Of a DNA stretch of 64,000 nt, positions 35,228-48,028 are shown piece by piece; within the stretch, counting starts at the first letter, position 1, and each line of letters starts with the position of its first letter. The notes under the pieces are model-generated. The model ran no database searches. It worked only from the letters and a program-made list of their open reading frames with translations, and had not been told where the DNA came from. Where the stretch lies: NCBI RefSeq assembly GCF_964213995.1, contig NC_135814.1:20398001-20462000 (forward strand). The letters are read 5' to 3'. The stretch comes from Mustelus asterias. Lineage: Eukaryota. The translations under genes were made by a program, and so were the position numbers.

Positions 35228-35683
35228 GGCACACATGTCTTCTGGCTTGATGTCTGGGGTGGTTTCAGGTGGACATCAGTGGCCCTCTGGATCCAGCATT
35301 GAGACAAATTAAAATGTTTACAGATGATTTATAATTGATCTTGTGGAGTCTTCAGCAGTTGCTGGATTAATTTTTAAATCACTGCCACCAGGGGGATGGT
35401 CAATCAGAAGACGTAGCTCAAGCTTACAAATGGGATGGATGGGAAGAGATAGAGGAGTCCACTCAGGGCTCCTGCTTCTTTAGCTTCCATACTGTGGCCT
35501 GGAGAAAATAATTTCTTCAACACAAAAAAGGATTAGCTGGCTTGTCTCTCTCTTCAACTAACCAATTACCCAAACATGGTCATAGCTAGTGGATTCCAGG
35601 ACCATAGTTTGCAAGATTATGTTATGGCTGGGCGAATTCATTTCTCAGCCAGGGTTTATTGTGGTGATTACATTGAATACATA

Positions 35684-37222
35684 GGGCCTGATCTTACCAT
35701 TTTCATTCTAAGTGCTGAATCTGGGTACAATTCAGATCTGACTTGGAAACCTGCTTTCAGGCGCCCGCATATGCACTCACCCTAAAAAAAAAAATCACGG
35801 GACTGAATCGCACTGTGGGCAGGGCATAACGCGCCCAAAATGATCGGAGCTCTGAACTGCGCATGCGCAGTTAGAAAAAAATTTGGAAAAGCGTGCCCGT
35901 GTCAGATCGCTCCCGAGCCGCAGAAAGCGGAAGAAGCGGCCCGGGAGCGATGGCCCCCACACACATCACTGTCCCCCTTATCCACCCACCCACCCCGCTA
36001 ACCAGACTGATCGCGACCCCCTGTCCCCTTCCCCCCTGCACCGATCACCCGCAGAGTGGCAGCAGACCCCCGTTCCCCCCACCAGAGATACATCTGCTCC
36101 CCCCCCCCAGCAGTGAGCGATCGGGCCTCCCACCCTCCCCCCACCAGTGATACATCTTACCCGCCTCCCTCCTCCCCACCCTTCTCCCCCCCGGCCCCCC
36201 CCCACCCACCCCCCCCCCCCCCCCCCCCCCCACCCCAGAGAGCGATCTGGCCTCATTCTCCCTCCCCGAGAGAATGAACTGGCCTCGCCTCCTCCCCCCC
36301 AGGGAATGATCTGCCCTCACTCCCCTCTCCCCCACCAGGAAATGATCTAGCCTCACTCCCCCCCCCCCCCCCCCCTGCCAAGAGAATGATCTGGCCTCAT
36401 TCCCCCCCCCCCTTCCCCAGAGAATGATCTGGCCTCACTCCCCCCACCCTCCCCCCCCCCAGAGAATGATCTGGCCTCATTCCCCCCCCGCCCCACCCAC
36501 CCCCCAGAGAATAATCTGGCCTCATCCCCCCCCCGCCCCACCCACCCCCCAGAGAATGATCTGGCCTCATCCCCCCCACCCAGAGAATGATCTGGCCTCA
36601 CTCCCCCCCCCCCCCCACCCCCAGAGAATGATCTGGCCTCATTCCCCCCACCCCACCCACCCCCTAGAGAATGATCTGGCCTCACTCCCCCTCCTCCCCC
36701 CCCCCCCCAGAGAACCATCTGGCCTCACTCCCCACCCCCCCCCACACCGCCCCCCCTCCGCTCCCCGCCCCCCACCCCAGAGAATGATCTGGCCTCATTC
36801 CGCACCCCCTCCCCCCCGAGAATGATCTGACCCGCCTCCCTCCCTCCTCCCCCCCCACCGATCTGAGTCAGAGAGCCGTTGGAAGCACTGAACTCACCTC
36901 TTCAGCAGCTGGAGCGCCCGATTCAGACTTTTATTCAGCTGGTCCATTTCGGCGCGATTCCGGATCGCCGAATGCAGTGGTAAAGGGGGAAATGCTGATA
37001 AAGTTGGGCGGGGAGTTCAGTCATTCCATTTAAATGCATGCAAATGCATTTAAATCAACGTTGCACCCGTTTCGGACGTGATCGGATCACGGCCATTCCC
37101 GGGTCTCGGTAAAGTGGCCATCTGCGCGGACGCAGGCGCGGATCGCGTTAATGGCCTCGCACCCAACTTTACCACATTTTCACACCCGAAAATGGGTGTG
37201 TCGCAATAGTAAAATAGGGCCC
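35684..37222 (+). mobile_element. PIF/Harbinger-like MITE (same family as 13814-15007)
   Basis: TIRs GGGCCTGATCTTACCATT / AATAGTAAAATAGGGCCC and a 3-bp TSD ATA (35681-35683, 37223-37225). Confidence 0.9.
36237..36840 (+). repeat. Minisatellite: about 15 units of AGAGAATGATCTGGCCTCA(C/T) plus a variable poly-C tract
   Basis: Counted by eye. Constant ~20-nt unit with C-rich linkers of about 10-50 nt. Confidence 0.92.
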
Positions 37223-38099
37223 ATAGTCCGCACCCAAGTGAATTCACCAGTGATTGCCTAGATGTTCTATGAATGGGTTAGGAGATGATCATATTCACAC
37301 TCGTTCAAGGAAATTGTCCCTGCTGGGGTTATCTACACAGATTAATTCTATCATACTGGCTTTGGAATTTGCAAGGTAAAATTATACAACCGTTTGGCCT
37401 TCTTAGAAACTGCTGTTTTAGTATTTTAAAATGTAATCTGTGGTTTTCAACTGGTAACTCCATAAAGTCAATTTTGATTTAAAGTGTGACTTTATAACAT
37501 AAGTAACATTGCACCAATAATTTATTAAGTGGCAAGACTACTTCACTATTTGGGCTCAACATTGACCATTTAATACTTACCAAAATCACAGATTGCTTTA
37601 CTTCTGTACCATTGCCCCTAGATATTTTATATTTTGTATGCATATTATTTTCCTTCCATGTAGTTGTCCTCTCCTAGCTTTTATATCACACGGCTGAGGA
37701 CAAAACAATGCAAAAATATTTCCATACGGATTTGATGGGAAAATGAGCCCAAGGATTGAGGTGTGGGTTGAGCAATGGAGGGAATTTTGACCTAAATAAT
37801 TCACATCAGTTTGGATCTGGTGGGGCGGTTAAGGTATGAGAAATCTGTTTTCCAACCTAAATTGGCTTTGAACCTGCTCCAGCACCAATGCACCCCACCC
37901 CACCCCTCCCCACCCCACCCCACCCCACCCCACCCCTCCTCTCCCCCAGCCCCTAATCTGCCAATCTCCTGATTTAACTGAAGTCTATTGATGATGTTGC
38001 AAACAAGCTGTGGAGCTAAAATGAATCGGGTATGTAAAGACATCGCGGTACAAATCAAAAGGACGTTCCTTAGGCCTAAATGGTACAGCAAACAGTGCA

Positions 38100-39300
38100 C
38101 CATTAGAGTCAATATTGGGAAAACAGGATGGATAATAAATTAATATGATTAACAAGTGGAGGGTATGTCAAGTTATGAATAATAAATTAATATGAGTAAC
38201 AAGTTGAGGATATGCCAAGTTATACCAAGGATTTTGAAAACCTGCAAGAGAGAATTGATCAGCTTCAGGGAGGGCAAATAGGTGGTTGACACAGTTCAAC
38301 TTGGCAGAATGTAGATCACCACATTCTGGAACCGCAAATAGGGTAACATTTTAAATCAAGTCATGTGCGCATGCAGCATCAATGTGCGCATATATTGGTC
38401 AATACAAGTAACAACACAAGTACATAAGGTTGTTTAAAAAGATCAAATTAATCAAAAATTAAATTTATTTGTATCCGGAAGTATGGAGTGCATAATCAAG
38501 GAGATATTGTCAAGCTTGTAGAAGATATTATTTAAATCACAGTTAGATTATTGTGCGTTAATTAGGGCACCATATTATTGGAAGGATATAAAGTAATCCA
38601 AAAGGTGCAGTGTAGATTACTAGGATAGCATCACAAATGAGGGAGCTGAGTTCTCTTTGTTCTTATGAAGAAACACTTGACAACATAGACATTTTTCAAT
38701 CGAGCCAGGGGCTAAACTAGTAAAAGGTAAATTTAGGATTAATACCATGAAAGTTGTTCTTCACACAAAGAATACTAACTGCACAGAAAGACCTTCCTGT
38801 TAAAGTACTGCAGGTGACAACCCTGGATCCATTGAAGAACTAATTGGATAATGTAATTGTGAGTCTTTAGCATCTCCCTTGATTAATGAATTAAAATAGG
38901 CCAGTGCCCCGTCTCACCCACAATTATCTTGCAATCTTGTGATGGAGATCTTCAAGTTTATTGAGGCCTGTGATTGAGTAAATGGTAATGAGATCGGTTC
39001 CACTAACTGGCGAGGTGGCAATCAGAAAAAGACTCGAAAGGGAGGCGAGGCAAAATAATCTTCATATGGTGGGTGGTAGAATGTCAAATTCTCCGTCACA
39101 AGCCACAGGTGAAGTAGATTCTCTGAATGGTTTTGAAAAGAGAATCAAAAGGCAAATATTCAAAAATGCATCACATTAAAGGTCTGAGGGAATGATGCTG
39201 AGAATTGGTTTAGACTAGGTAATTTACACAGAGAAAAAATCAGCGCAGGCTTAAGGTGTTAAATGACTGAGGGTTACCTGCTTCTGTGACCTCCCCCTGA
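38100..39300 (+). mobile_element. Old CR1 RT/3' fragments
   Basis: Decayed GAGATATTGTCAAGCTTGTAGAAG..TTAGATTATTGTGCG and TTCTTCACACAAAG segments. No open frame. Confidence 0.6.
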
Positions 39301-39379
39301 GTGGGTCAAAAGTTGCACTAGCAAAAGGTTGGAAGCAAATTTGGATCCTAATTGCACAGACAGGAAGGATATATAGAGC

Positions 39380-39690
39380 GACACGATGGCACAGTGGTTA
39401 GCACTGCTGCCTCACAGCACCAGGGACCCGTGTTCAATTCTGGCTTCCACACTGTCTGTGTGGAGTGTGCACATTCTCCCCGTGTCTGCGTGGGTTTCCT
39501 CCGGGTGCTCCAGTTTCCTCCCACAGTTCCAAAGATGTTAGGTTGATTGGCCATGCAAAGTTGACCCTAGTGTCAGGGGATTAACAGGGTAAATATGTGG
39601 GGTTACAGGAATAGGGCCGAGGTGGGATTGTGGTCGGTGCAGACGCGATAGGCTGAATGGCCTCCTTCTGCACTGTAGGGACTCTCTCGA
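39380..39690 (+). mobile_element. HE1 SINE
   Basis: Head, core and CR1-type tail. Confidence 0.9.
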
Positions 39691-40459
39691 TGAAAGCAAA
39701 AAGGAAAAGGAAAGTTAATAAAATAACAGAAAAATGTTAAAGCTGATAGGATTACATCAGTTGTCTTTTAAAGCAGTTATTTAAAACTAATTTATAATGA
39801 TGTGACTTAACCTCACGTATTTCCCTCATAACATCGGATTTAAAGAGATGAGCACTTTTTAAGTGACAAGAAGAATCTTACTCGAGACTTATATGTTTTT
39901 CTTACTTTCTCACATCTCTCTCAACATCAAAGATTTCTAATAAAGTGCAATTAAAGCTGTTATCAATGTGCAAAAGATCACTTTGCCTGCTTCTTAATTA
40001 ACTTATTTCATTATGTTATTAAATTGCCAATTGCCCTGGAGAGTAGCACATAGCTATGTTCACACAAATTAAAAATTAAACTAAGTGTATATGCTTCATA
40101 TCCACAAATGATGTTTCTCAGAATGTCTGACCTCACATTCTGTCTTGATTTCTCATCCATTATCTATATTAAATCTAGAATATCAGTTGCAGGAATCATA
40201 TTAGAAATACTGGAACAAATTAAAAATAGAGACTAGTCGTGTCTTGTTGTTTCCAAATCACATTTCAAAGCATGTGGAAAAGTGAGGAAATGCCATTATC
40301 AAAGACCCAAGTATCTTTCTCACCCGCAATTATCTTGCAATCTTGTGATGGAGATCGTCAAAATTATTGAGGGCTATTATTGAGTAAATGGTAATGAGAT
40401 TGGTTCCACTAATTGGCAAAGTGGCACATCCCATTGGTGGGTCCCAAGTAAGTACCCAT

Positions 40460-40760
40460 GGGGCAGCATGGTGGCACAGTGGTTAGCACTGCTGCCTCAC
40501 AGCGCCAGGGATCTGGGTTCAATTCCCGGCTTCGGTCACCGGCTGTGCGGAGTCTGCATGTTCTCCCCGTGTCTGCGTGGGTTTCCTCCAGGTTCTCCGG
40601 TTTCCTCCCGAAAGACATGCTGGTTAGGTGCATAGGCCATGCTAAATTCTCCCTCAATGTACCCGAACACGCGCCAGAGTGTAGCGACTAGGGGATTTTC
40701 ACAGTAACTTCATTGCAGTGTTAATGTAAGCCTACTTGTGACACTAATAAATAAACTTAA
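40460..40760 (+). mobile_element. V-SINE, tail type B
   Basis: Tail GTAAGCCTACTTGTGACACTAATAAATAAACTT. Confidence 0.92.
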
Positions 40761-40964
40761 ATTTTATCTTAAATTCATGAGGACCTGATGCCAATTTTCC
40801 ATTAAGAATATAGTTAATTCATGTTGTAAGATCCTGTACCAAGCTGTTTATCTTACTTTCTCCTATCCTGGCAACTCCATTTTGTGGCAAGAGGATTGGA
40901 TTTGAAACATTTCCTGTTTTAGTTTGCATATACAGTTATTTTAATTTTTTTTACTCCCAAACCC

Positions 40965-41320
40965 GAACCATAAAACCATGAATCGCTACCATGCAGAAAG
41001 AGGCCATTTGGTCCATCGAGTTTGCACTGACTTCCCAAAAGATTATCCCACCCAGGCTCCCCTCCTGCCTTATCCCCGCAACCCTGCACATTTAACATGG
41101 CTAATCCACCTAACCTACACATCTTTGGACACTAAGAGGCAAGTTAGCATGGCCAATCCACCTAACCTGCACACCTTTTGACCGTGGGAGAAAACCGGAG
41201 CTCCTGGAAGAAACCCACGCAGACACAGGGAGAATGTGCAAACTCCACACAATCATCCAAGGCCGGGATCAAAACTGAGTCCATGGTTCTATGACACAAA
41301 AGTGCTAACTACCGTGCCGC
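40965..41320 (-). mobile_element. HE1 SINE
   Basis: Reverse-complemented head, core and tail. Confidence 0.88.
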
Positions 41321-41939
41321 TAATCAGAATATTAAAAAGAACAAGAATTGTTGTCCTTTCCCCTAATAAGATAACAAAGTTAAGGGACTGTCCCTAGTGC
41401 GGTGGAGGCTGAGACAGTGAGTAAGTTTAAGGAGGAGTTAGACAGATATTTAATTGGTAATGGATTGAAGGGTCATGGGGAAAAGGCAGGAAAATGGGTA
41501 TGAGGAGCATATCAGCCATGATCGAATGGTGGAGTGGACTCGATGGGCCGATTGGATAAATTCGGCTCCTGTATCTTATGAACTTATGTAATACCAGTAA
41601 TATTTTGTTTCCTGTGGCTGTACTATTGGATGAGGAACAAAATATTATGTTTGATAATACAGGGTTGGACTTTCAATAATTAAATCTATTGTCTGTCCAC
41701 AGTTATTTGCACTATCCTCACAAAGAATTGATACTTAAGAACACGGCGAAAAATAACCATTCCATTCGGACTATTCAGCCCACATATTCTGCAGACCACA
41801 AAATATTCCCCTAACATGGTGATACACCTTGCTTTGGTGCTAGTCATGACTTCGATGATTTATATGGATAGCACGCAAAACAATACTTTTCACTGTATCT
41901 TGGTACATGTGACAATAAATCTAAATCTAAATCTAGCTC

Positions 41940-43005
41940 TCTCTTTGAAGCCAGGAAGTCATGGGTTCAAGATCTGCTCCAGAGAATTGAACATCACGAT
42001 CCAGGCTGACGCAGTACTCCAGAGATGCTGCACCAACAGAGGTGCCATTCTTCAAATGCAATGTTAAATCAAGATCCAGTCTGCCCTCTCAGGAAAACCC
42101 TTAGGGACATTAACATCCAGAGGGATCTGGGTGTGCAGGTCCACAATTCCCAAAACGTGGCCACACAGGTGGTCAAGGTGATTAGGAAAGCATATGGCAT
42201 GCTTGCCTTCATTAGCCAGGGCATTGAGTACAAGAGTTGGGAAATCATGTTGCAGCTATATAAAACCTTGGAATATTGCATGCAGTTCTTGTCACCACAC
42301 TACCAGAAGGACGTGAGTGCAAAGAAGGTTCACCAGGGTGTTACCTGGTCTCAAGGGTGTTGGCTATGAAGAGAGGTTGAATAAACTAGGATTGTTTTCA
42401 CTTGAGAGATGGAGGCTGAGGGGAGACCTGATAGAGGTCTGCAAAATTATGAGAGGCATAGATAGGGTGGATAGTCAGAGGCTTTTTCCAAGGGTGGAAA
42501 TGTCAATTACAAGGGGTCACTGGTTGAAGGTGAGTTCAAGGGAGATGTGCAGGGGAAGTTTTTCACCCTTTGAGTGGTGGGTGCCTGGAGGAGGTGATGG
42601 CAGCAGGCACATTAGCAACATTTAAGAGGCATCTGGATGGGTACATGAGAGGGAGGGAATAGAGTGATACGGACTAAGTAAGGGCAGAAGATTTTTTTTA
42701 GTTTAGTTAGGGCTTCATGATAGGCACAGGCTTGGAGAGCCGAAGGGCTGTTCCTGTGCTGTACTTTTCTTTGTCCTTTGTTCTTTGAGGCCGCAAAAGA
42801 TCCCATGGCATCGCTTTGAAGAAGACCAGGGGAGTCCTCCCCAGTGTCTTGACCAATATTCATCCCACAATCATCTTGCTGTGCAGATTGGTTGCCATAT
42901 TGCCTGCATTACAACGGTGACCGCTCCTCAAAAACAAAACAAATACCTACTGGGCTTTAAAGCACGTTGGGATCCTGAGATCATGAAAGACATGTATATA
43001 TTACT
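41940..43005 (+). mobile_element. DeuSINE (SacSINE1-like), split by a CR1 3' fragment at ~42093-42786
   Basis: Deu-domain GGTGCCATTCTTCAAATG..GTTAAA..GTCTGCCCTCTCAGG | AAAAGATCCCATGGCA..GAAGAAGACCAGGGGAG..GACCAATATT. The CR1 insert has RT C-terminal ORFs and a (TTTG)-type tail. Confidence 0.8.
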
Positions 43006-43082
43006 TCTGCAGATCACATTAGTGATTTTCCACTAATGTGTCAAATCATTCATGATGGGAGTACAGATGTAGCAATAGAAGT

Positions 43083-43425
43083 GGGCGGCACAGTAGCACA
43101 GTGGTTAGCACTGCTGCTTCACAGCTCCAGGAACCTGGGTTCGAATCCCGGCTTGGGTCACTGTCTGTGTGGAGTTTGCACATTCTCCCTGTGTCTGCGT
43201 GGGTTTCCTCCGGGTGCTCCGGTTTCCTCCCACAGTCCAAAGATGTGCGGGCTAGGTTGATTGGCCATTCTAAATTGCCCCTTATTGTCCCGGGATGCAT
43301 AGGTTAGAGGGGTTAGTGGGTAAATAGGTAGGGATATGTGGATAGGGCCTGGGGTGGGATTGTGGTTGGTGCAGACTTGATGGGCTGAATGGCCTCTTTC
43401 TGCACTGTAGGATTCTATTCTATGA
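43083..43425 (+). mobile_element. HE1 SINE, full length
   Basis: Head, core and CR1-type tail. Confidence 0.93.
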
Positions 43426-43655
43426 GAAGGACCAGAATTCCTTCAAACTGGAAGCATGAAATGCTGAATTAATTTCTTAATCACCTCAGGATAAATTTTG
43501 CAACATCTCCCCTCTACCCTATCCTGTCTCCCCAGTACCTGGTAATAGATTTGGTACAGCAAGTCTATCAACACCTGCTTAAACTTGCTAGTTGCTTTCT
43601 GCAGTTCAGATTTCCACTGAAACCCAATGCGCCATTCAAAATTCTCTTTGCAAAA

Positions 43656-44493
43656 TGTTAGGGAATAGGGAGAGTTTAAATAATTTTTGTTTGTATTGTG
43701 TGTTTTAAAAATAAGTTTTAAGTTTAAGCTTAATTTGTGTTTGTGTTTTTGTGTGTTAAAACTGCAGTTAACTTCATGTTAAACAAAGGTACCTGCGTAT
43801 CTATAGTTTATTTTCACTTTAAACTTTGACTGAATCGTAATTAAGGTATTATGACATAAAAAAAGGTTTTTAAAACTAAGCTGTTGTTTAGCAACAAGAG
43901 GCTCACCCTGGGACAGCAAATCTTTTGAGTTAGTTGTAGGCTAGATCCAGAAAAGCTGGGCACAAGGAAGGGAACTGCAGAAAGCATACCTCCCAAAAGA
44001 ACAGAAGCTGCCAGTACAGATAGGACAATAAGTAATGGGCAGAAAACAAATCCTGGAAGCTAAAGAACAGTCAGAAACCCAAAGTTCCAGTGAGACCAAT
44101 TGACGCAATATAGCAAGCATCTGGGGGATTTGATGAGAAATCCACAGAGGTTGTTTTGGGTAGCATCTGGCATTTGGTTTCAGAGGGTGGTGTATCTGAC
44201 CACATTTCATCTGTTGGATTACATGGACTGTATACCTACTGAGAACATTAGAGTACAAGATCTATTTTGTAACTTGTATAATCTTGATAAATTTGTATAT
44301 AGCTATAAAAGTAAAGCCTGGGTGAAAAAGTATGATATTGTGGTAACTCTTTTCTTATTTAATAAAGGTTTCATTCTTTTGTTGAAAGTTAACCAGCAGT
44401 CCTGTGAACAAAATATAAAAGTTAAGATCTATTGATCTGGGATCCACTCCGAGATCTGAATGTCTGGCAGAAACATCAGCTGGGATCAGAACA
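43656..44493 (+). mobile_element. Putative solo LTR (Gypsy/ERV-type)
   Basis: TGTTAGGGAA ... AATAAA (44361) ... GGGATCAGAACA termini. The start resembles that at 48029. No clean TSD. Confidence 0.55.
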
Positions 44494-44994
44494 AATGTTA
44501 TCCCTATCGCTTCCAAACACATTTTTACTCAAGATTCCTGTCCATCATTTGGTGCTCCATGCACTCACTCCACGGGGAAAAAATATTATTCTAGCCTTTT
44601 GAATTCAGATTTCCCCAGGCTGTTGTCATTTAGTAAAATTATTCTGACACTTTGTTTGATAGCCTTTGAAGGGGCTCCATCAGCTTTTTAAATTATGTAC
44701 TTTTGTTGTATCTTCTTACTGGTCATACATATTTCTCTTATAATTTATTGCAGCCATTAAGATGGGCGAGATTTATATTATGATATGCGGTCTCAGGACA
44801 GAATCAATCTTTAAAGATGTCTTCATCAAATATTAAATATGCTTCCCAAATGTGTACATCATATTGTAACGGTTCCATTTGGTAATATCTACACCAAAAA
44901 ATCACATGTGGTCCCATGATTGATTGCATAATATTTCATTGTCTCAGAAGATTAATATTTAATACACTAAATTAAAGGAGTAATCTATTATACT

Positions 44995-45262
44995 CCTGCC
45001 TCACAGCTCCAGGGACCTGGGTTCAATTCCAGCCTGGGTGACTGTGTGGAGTTTGCATGTTCTCTCCGTGTCTGCGTGGGTTTCCTCCAGGTGCTCCGGC
45101 TTCCTCCCACAGTCCCAAAGACGTGCTGGTTCGGTGGATTGGCCATCTAAATTCTCCCTTAGCGTCCCAAAATGTGTAGATTAGGTGAATTAGCTGATCT
45201 GTGAGATTACAGGGATAGAGCGGGGGAGAGGGCCTGGGTAACGTACTCAGAGAGTCGGGTGA
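44995..45262 (+). mobile_element. HE1-type SINE, truncated at both ends
   Basis: Core TGTGTGGAGTTTGCATGTTCTC..GGATTGGCCAT. Confidence 0.85.
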
Positions 45263-46349
45263 GAGTGCCTGTCAAGTGGGTGGGGGCAAGGATGAATGAG
45301 AACCTTGAGACTGCGAGTGAGCCAAACAAACACTCTCCCTTCCCTCCTTCTTTCTCTCCCCCTCTCCCGCCCTCACCTTCACCTTCCATCCATCTCCTTC
45401 TGCCCATCCCGCTCTCCCTGCCAATCTGCAGACGTCCCCAGGTACGGATTGCATGGCAATTTCTCAGGAAGTTCAAAGTTCCTTTGAGCAATTTCCCTGC
45501 ACTGAATTATCCAAAAATATGATTCGAATCGTAAACATCGGATGGTTCAAACTGCCATACAGTAATAGTTACCCAGAGAATGTTAGAAAACTTAAACTAC
45601 TTCTGCTTCTGGGTAATCATAGCACTGATCCAACCACCCCCCCCCCCCCCCCCCCCACCCCACACCCGCCATCCCACATACATACACACACAAACACACA
45701 GGACTCCCCCCCACCTCCACCGGCCCCCCACACCCATGTGCCACAAACCAACACCCCTCCACAGAATTCCATGCATACCCCCACTACTGTCCAACTACCC
45801 TCCTGACCCCATACTAGACACCCCCACATACCCCAGCCCTCACAGGAATCTCACACCTCACCCTCCCCCTACAACATCCCCCCCACCACCCCCAACTAAC
45901 ATGCCCGGCTGCCTGGCCCCAACGCAACACCACCACCGCCCCCCCCCCCCCACTCCTGATCAGACCCTACTCTTGGCACGACCTGACCTCCATGCGCACC
46001 CCACCAGCCTAGGGTCCAATCTGACTGACCAAAACCACCCTCCCAGGTTTGACTTGACCCCACCACCCCCAAAATCCTACCCAATTATCTTGTCCATCTT
46101 CTCCCTGACTTGTCAAAGTGGCTGGAACATTAAACTGACCTGCTTCACGACAGCTAGTGCCATAAAGAAGGGGTGTGGCCTACTGAACTTCGACTGAGCT
46201 GCCCTCAATTGTAGGCCGCAAGAACCTACTGCACCTCACGCACCTCGTCTGAGTCACAAAGTCAGACAAGATAGGAGTGGCAGGGGTTCAAGGTAAGTAA
46301 TTATGAGTGGACAGAGCAATGTGAGCCAATTGCCAATTCCTCCAATGGA

Positions 46350-46545
46350 AGGGACAATTTAGCGTGGCCAATCAACATAAGCTGCACAAATTTGGAGTAT
46401 GGGAGGAAACTGGAGCACCCAGAGGAAACCCATAGAGACACGGGGAAAACATATAAACTCCACACTGTCACCTGAGGCCGGAATTGAACCCTCATCGCTG
46501 GCACTACGAGGCAGCAGTGCTAACCACTGTGCCACCATGCTGCCC
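46350..46545 (-). mobile_element. V-SINE head and core
   Basis: Reverse complement of GGGCAGCATGGTGGCACAGTGGTTAGCACTGCTGCC. Confidence 0.88.
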
Positions 46546-47574
46546 ATATTTCTTTCCTCATTTCCTCTGTACTTTGTAAAACATTGCCAGTTGCATTCAC
46601 ACAAATTATCAAACAGTTCACCCTCCCTCCAAACCTTATCCCAACTTCTAAAATATTCAATTTTATTTCTACACAACCTCTTCCAGATGATGTCCTTTAT
46701 TGGAGGTCTGTACTGCGTAGCACCAGTTTCATGCATACATTGCAGCTTTCTCAATATTTTCTTATATTTTTCTTTTATGAACAGCGCAATGTTTTAGGAC
46801 TCTGTAATTATCCTATTCTTTTCAAAATGAGTGAATATCATAACCTACTTTGAGGCTCCCTTCAACATGTTGTCCAGTTTCTCCATAACGTGACATACAT
46901 TAGCTCGGAGGAGATGCAAAGCACAAACCTTTATCTCTAATGCACGTCTCGCTATTTACAGATCGTAATCTTAAATTCCTCCGAGAATTACTGCCTTGTG
47001 CACCCACGTGTCTTGCTTTCAATTTGTTGCCTCATTTTCATTATCGTTTAATATGCGAGGAATGTCACAATCGCTCTGTGTAAATTAAAAGCAGATAAAG
47101 CTCTATTCTTAACCACTGCAATTCTCCCTTTAATAAACAGGAATATTTGACTCATAACCTGGTATATAAATGAACCTTAATATCCAGTGGAGCTTGGTTG
47201 AAGTTAATGGTTTGGTATTGATGTTGTTTGTAAGATTAGCACCTCAAGGGAGTTCAGGCTTTGGGCTGAGATCGGAAACTCCAATCAGCAGATCTATAAA
47301 TCCAATGTTCGAATTGGCCTCCAGACAGTACTAAGTTTATCTGTCTCTAACAGATGTTGCTGCATTCACCGGAATGCACAATGGAGGTCCCTGAAGTTTG
47401 AATTGATCTGAACAGAGCAAGTTAGAAAAATCCCAAAAGATTAAAATTAGCCGAGAATTAAACAGATAGGAGAAACCCTGTTTGCCTCTGTAATTGAGAA
47501 CCTGCAAACAAAATTGTGGGACTGCACCTTTGAAGCTTCAATGGCAGCAAAGTAAATTGATGCAACACAGCCTT

Positions 47575-47900
47575 AGATGCTGAGAGGTTGTTTCGCCTTG
47601 TGGGAGAGTCTAGGACCAGAGGTCATGGACCAGAGTAAGACAGAGATAAGGAGCAATTTCTTCCCTCAGAGGGTAGTGAATCTATGGAATTCTTTACCAC
47701 AGAGGGCTGTAGAGGCTGGGTCATTAAGTATGTTCAAGGCTGCGATGGATAGATTTTTAATCAGTAAAGGAATTAAAGGTCATGGAGATAAAGCGGGATA
47801 CTGGAGCTGAGGATTATCACATCAGATCAGTCATGATCTCATTGAATGGCAGAGCAGACTCAATGGGCCAAACGACCTACTTCTACTCCTACGTCGTGTG
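47575..47900 (+). mobile_element. CR1 3' end
   Basis: KTEIRSNFFPQRVVNLWNSLP..KGIKG and 3' UTR. Confidence 0.88.
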
Positions 47901-48028
47901 ATCAAAGGGTGGGGCAGAACTGAATTTGGAATCAATTCGAGCTCTATAAAGATTTTTACGTTGCATTCAGGAGGGAATGGTCCTGGGAGTCCTCAACGTT
48001 TCCTTCTGACCCCATGAAGTCACACCTT

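Noticed and set aside
36237-36840. CRISPR-like array (constant repeat with variable spacers)
   Set aside because: The spacers are low-complexity poly-C of very uneven length. The array lies inside a TIR/TSD-bounded MITE in vertebrate DNA, and there are no cas genes.
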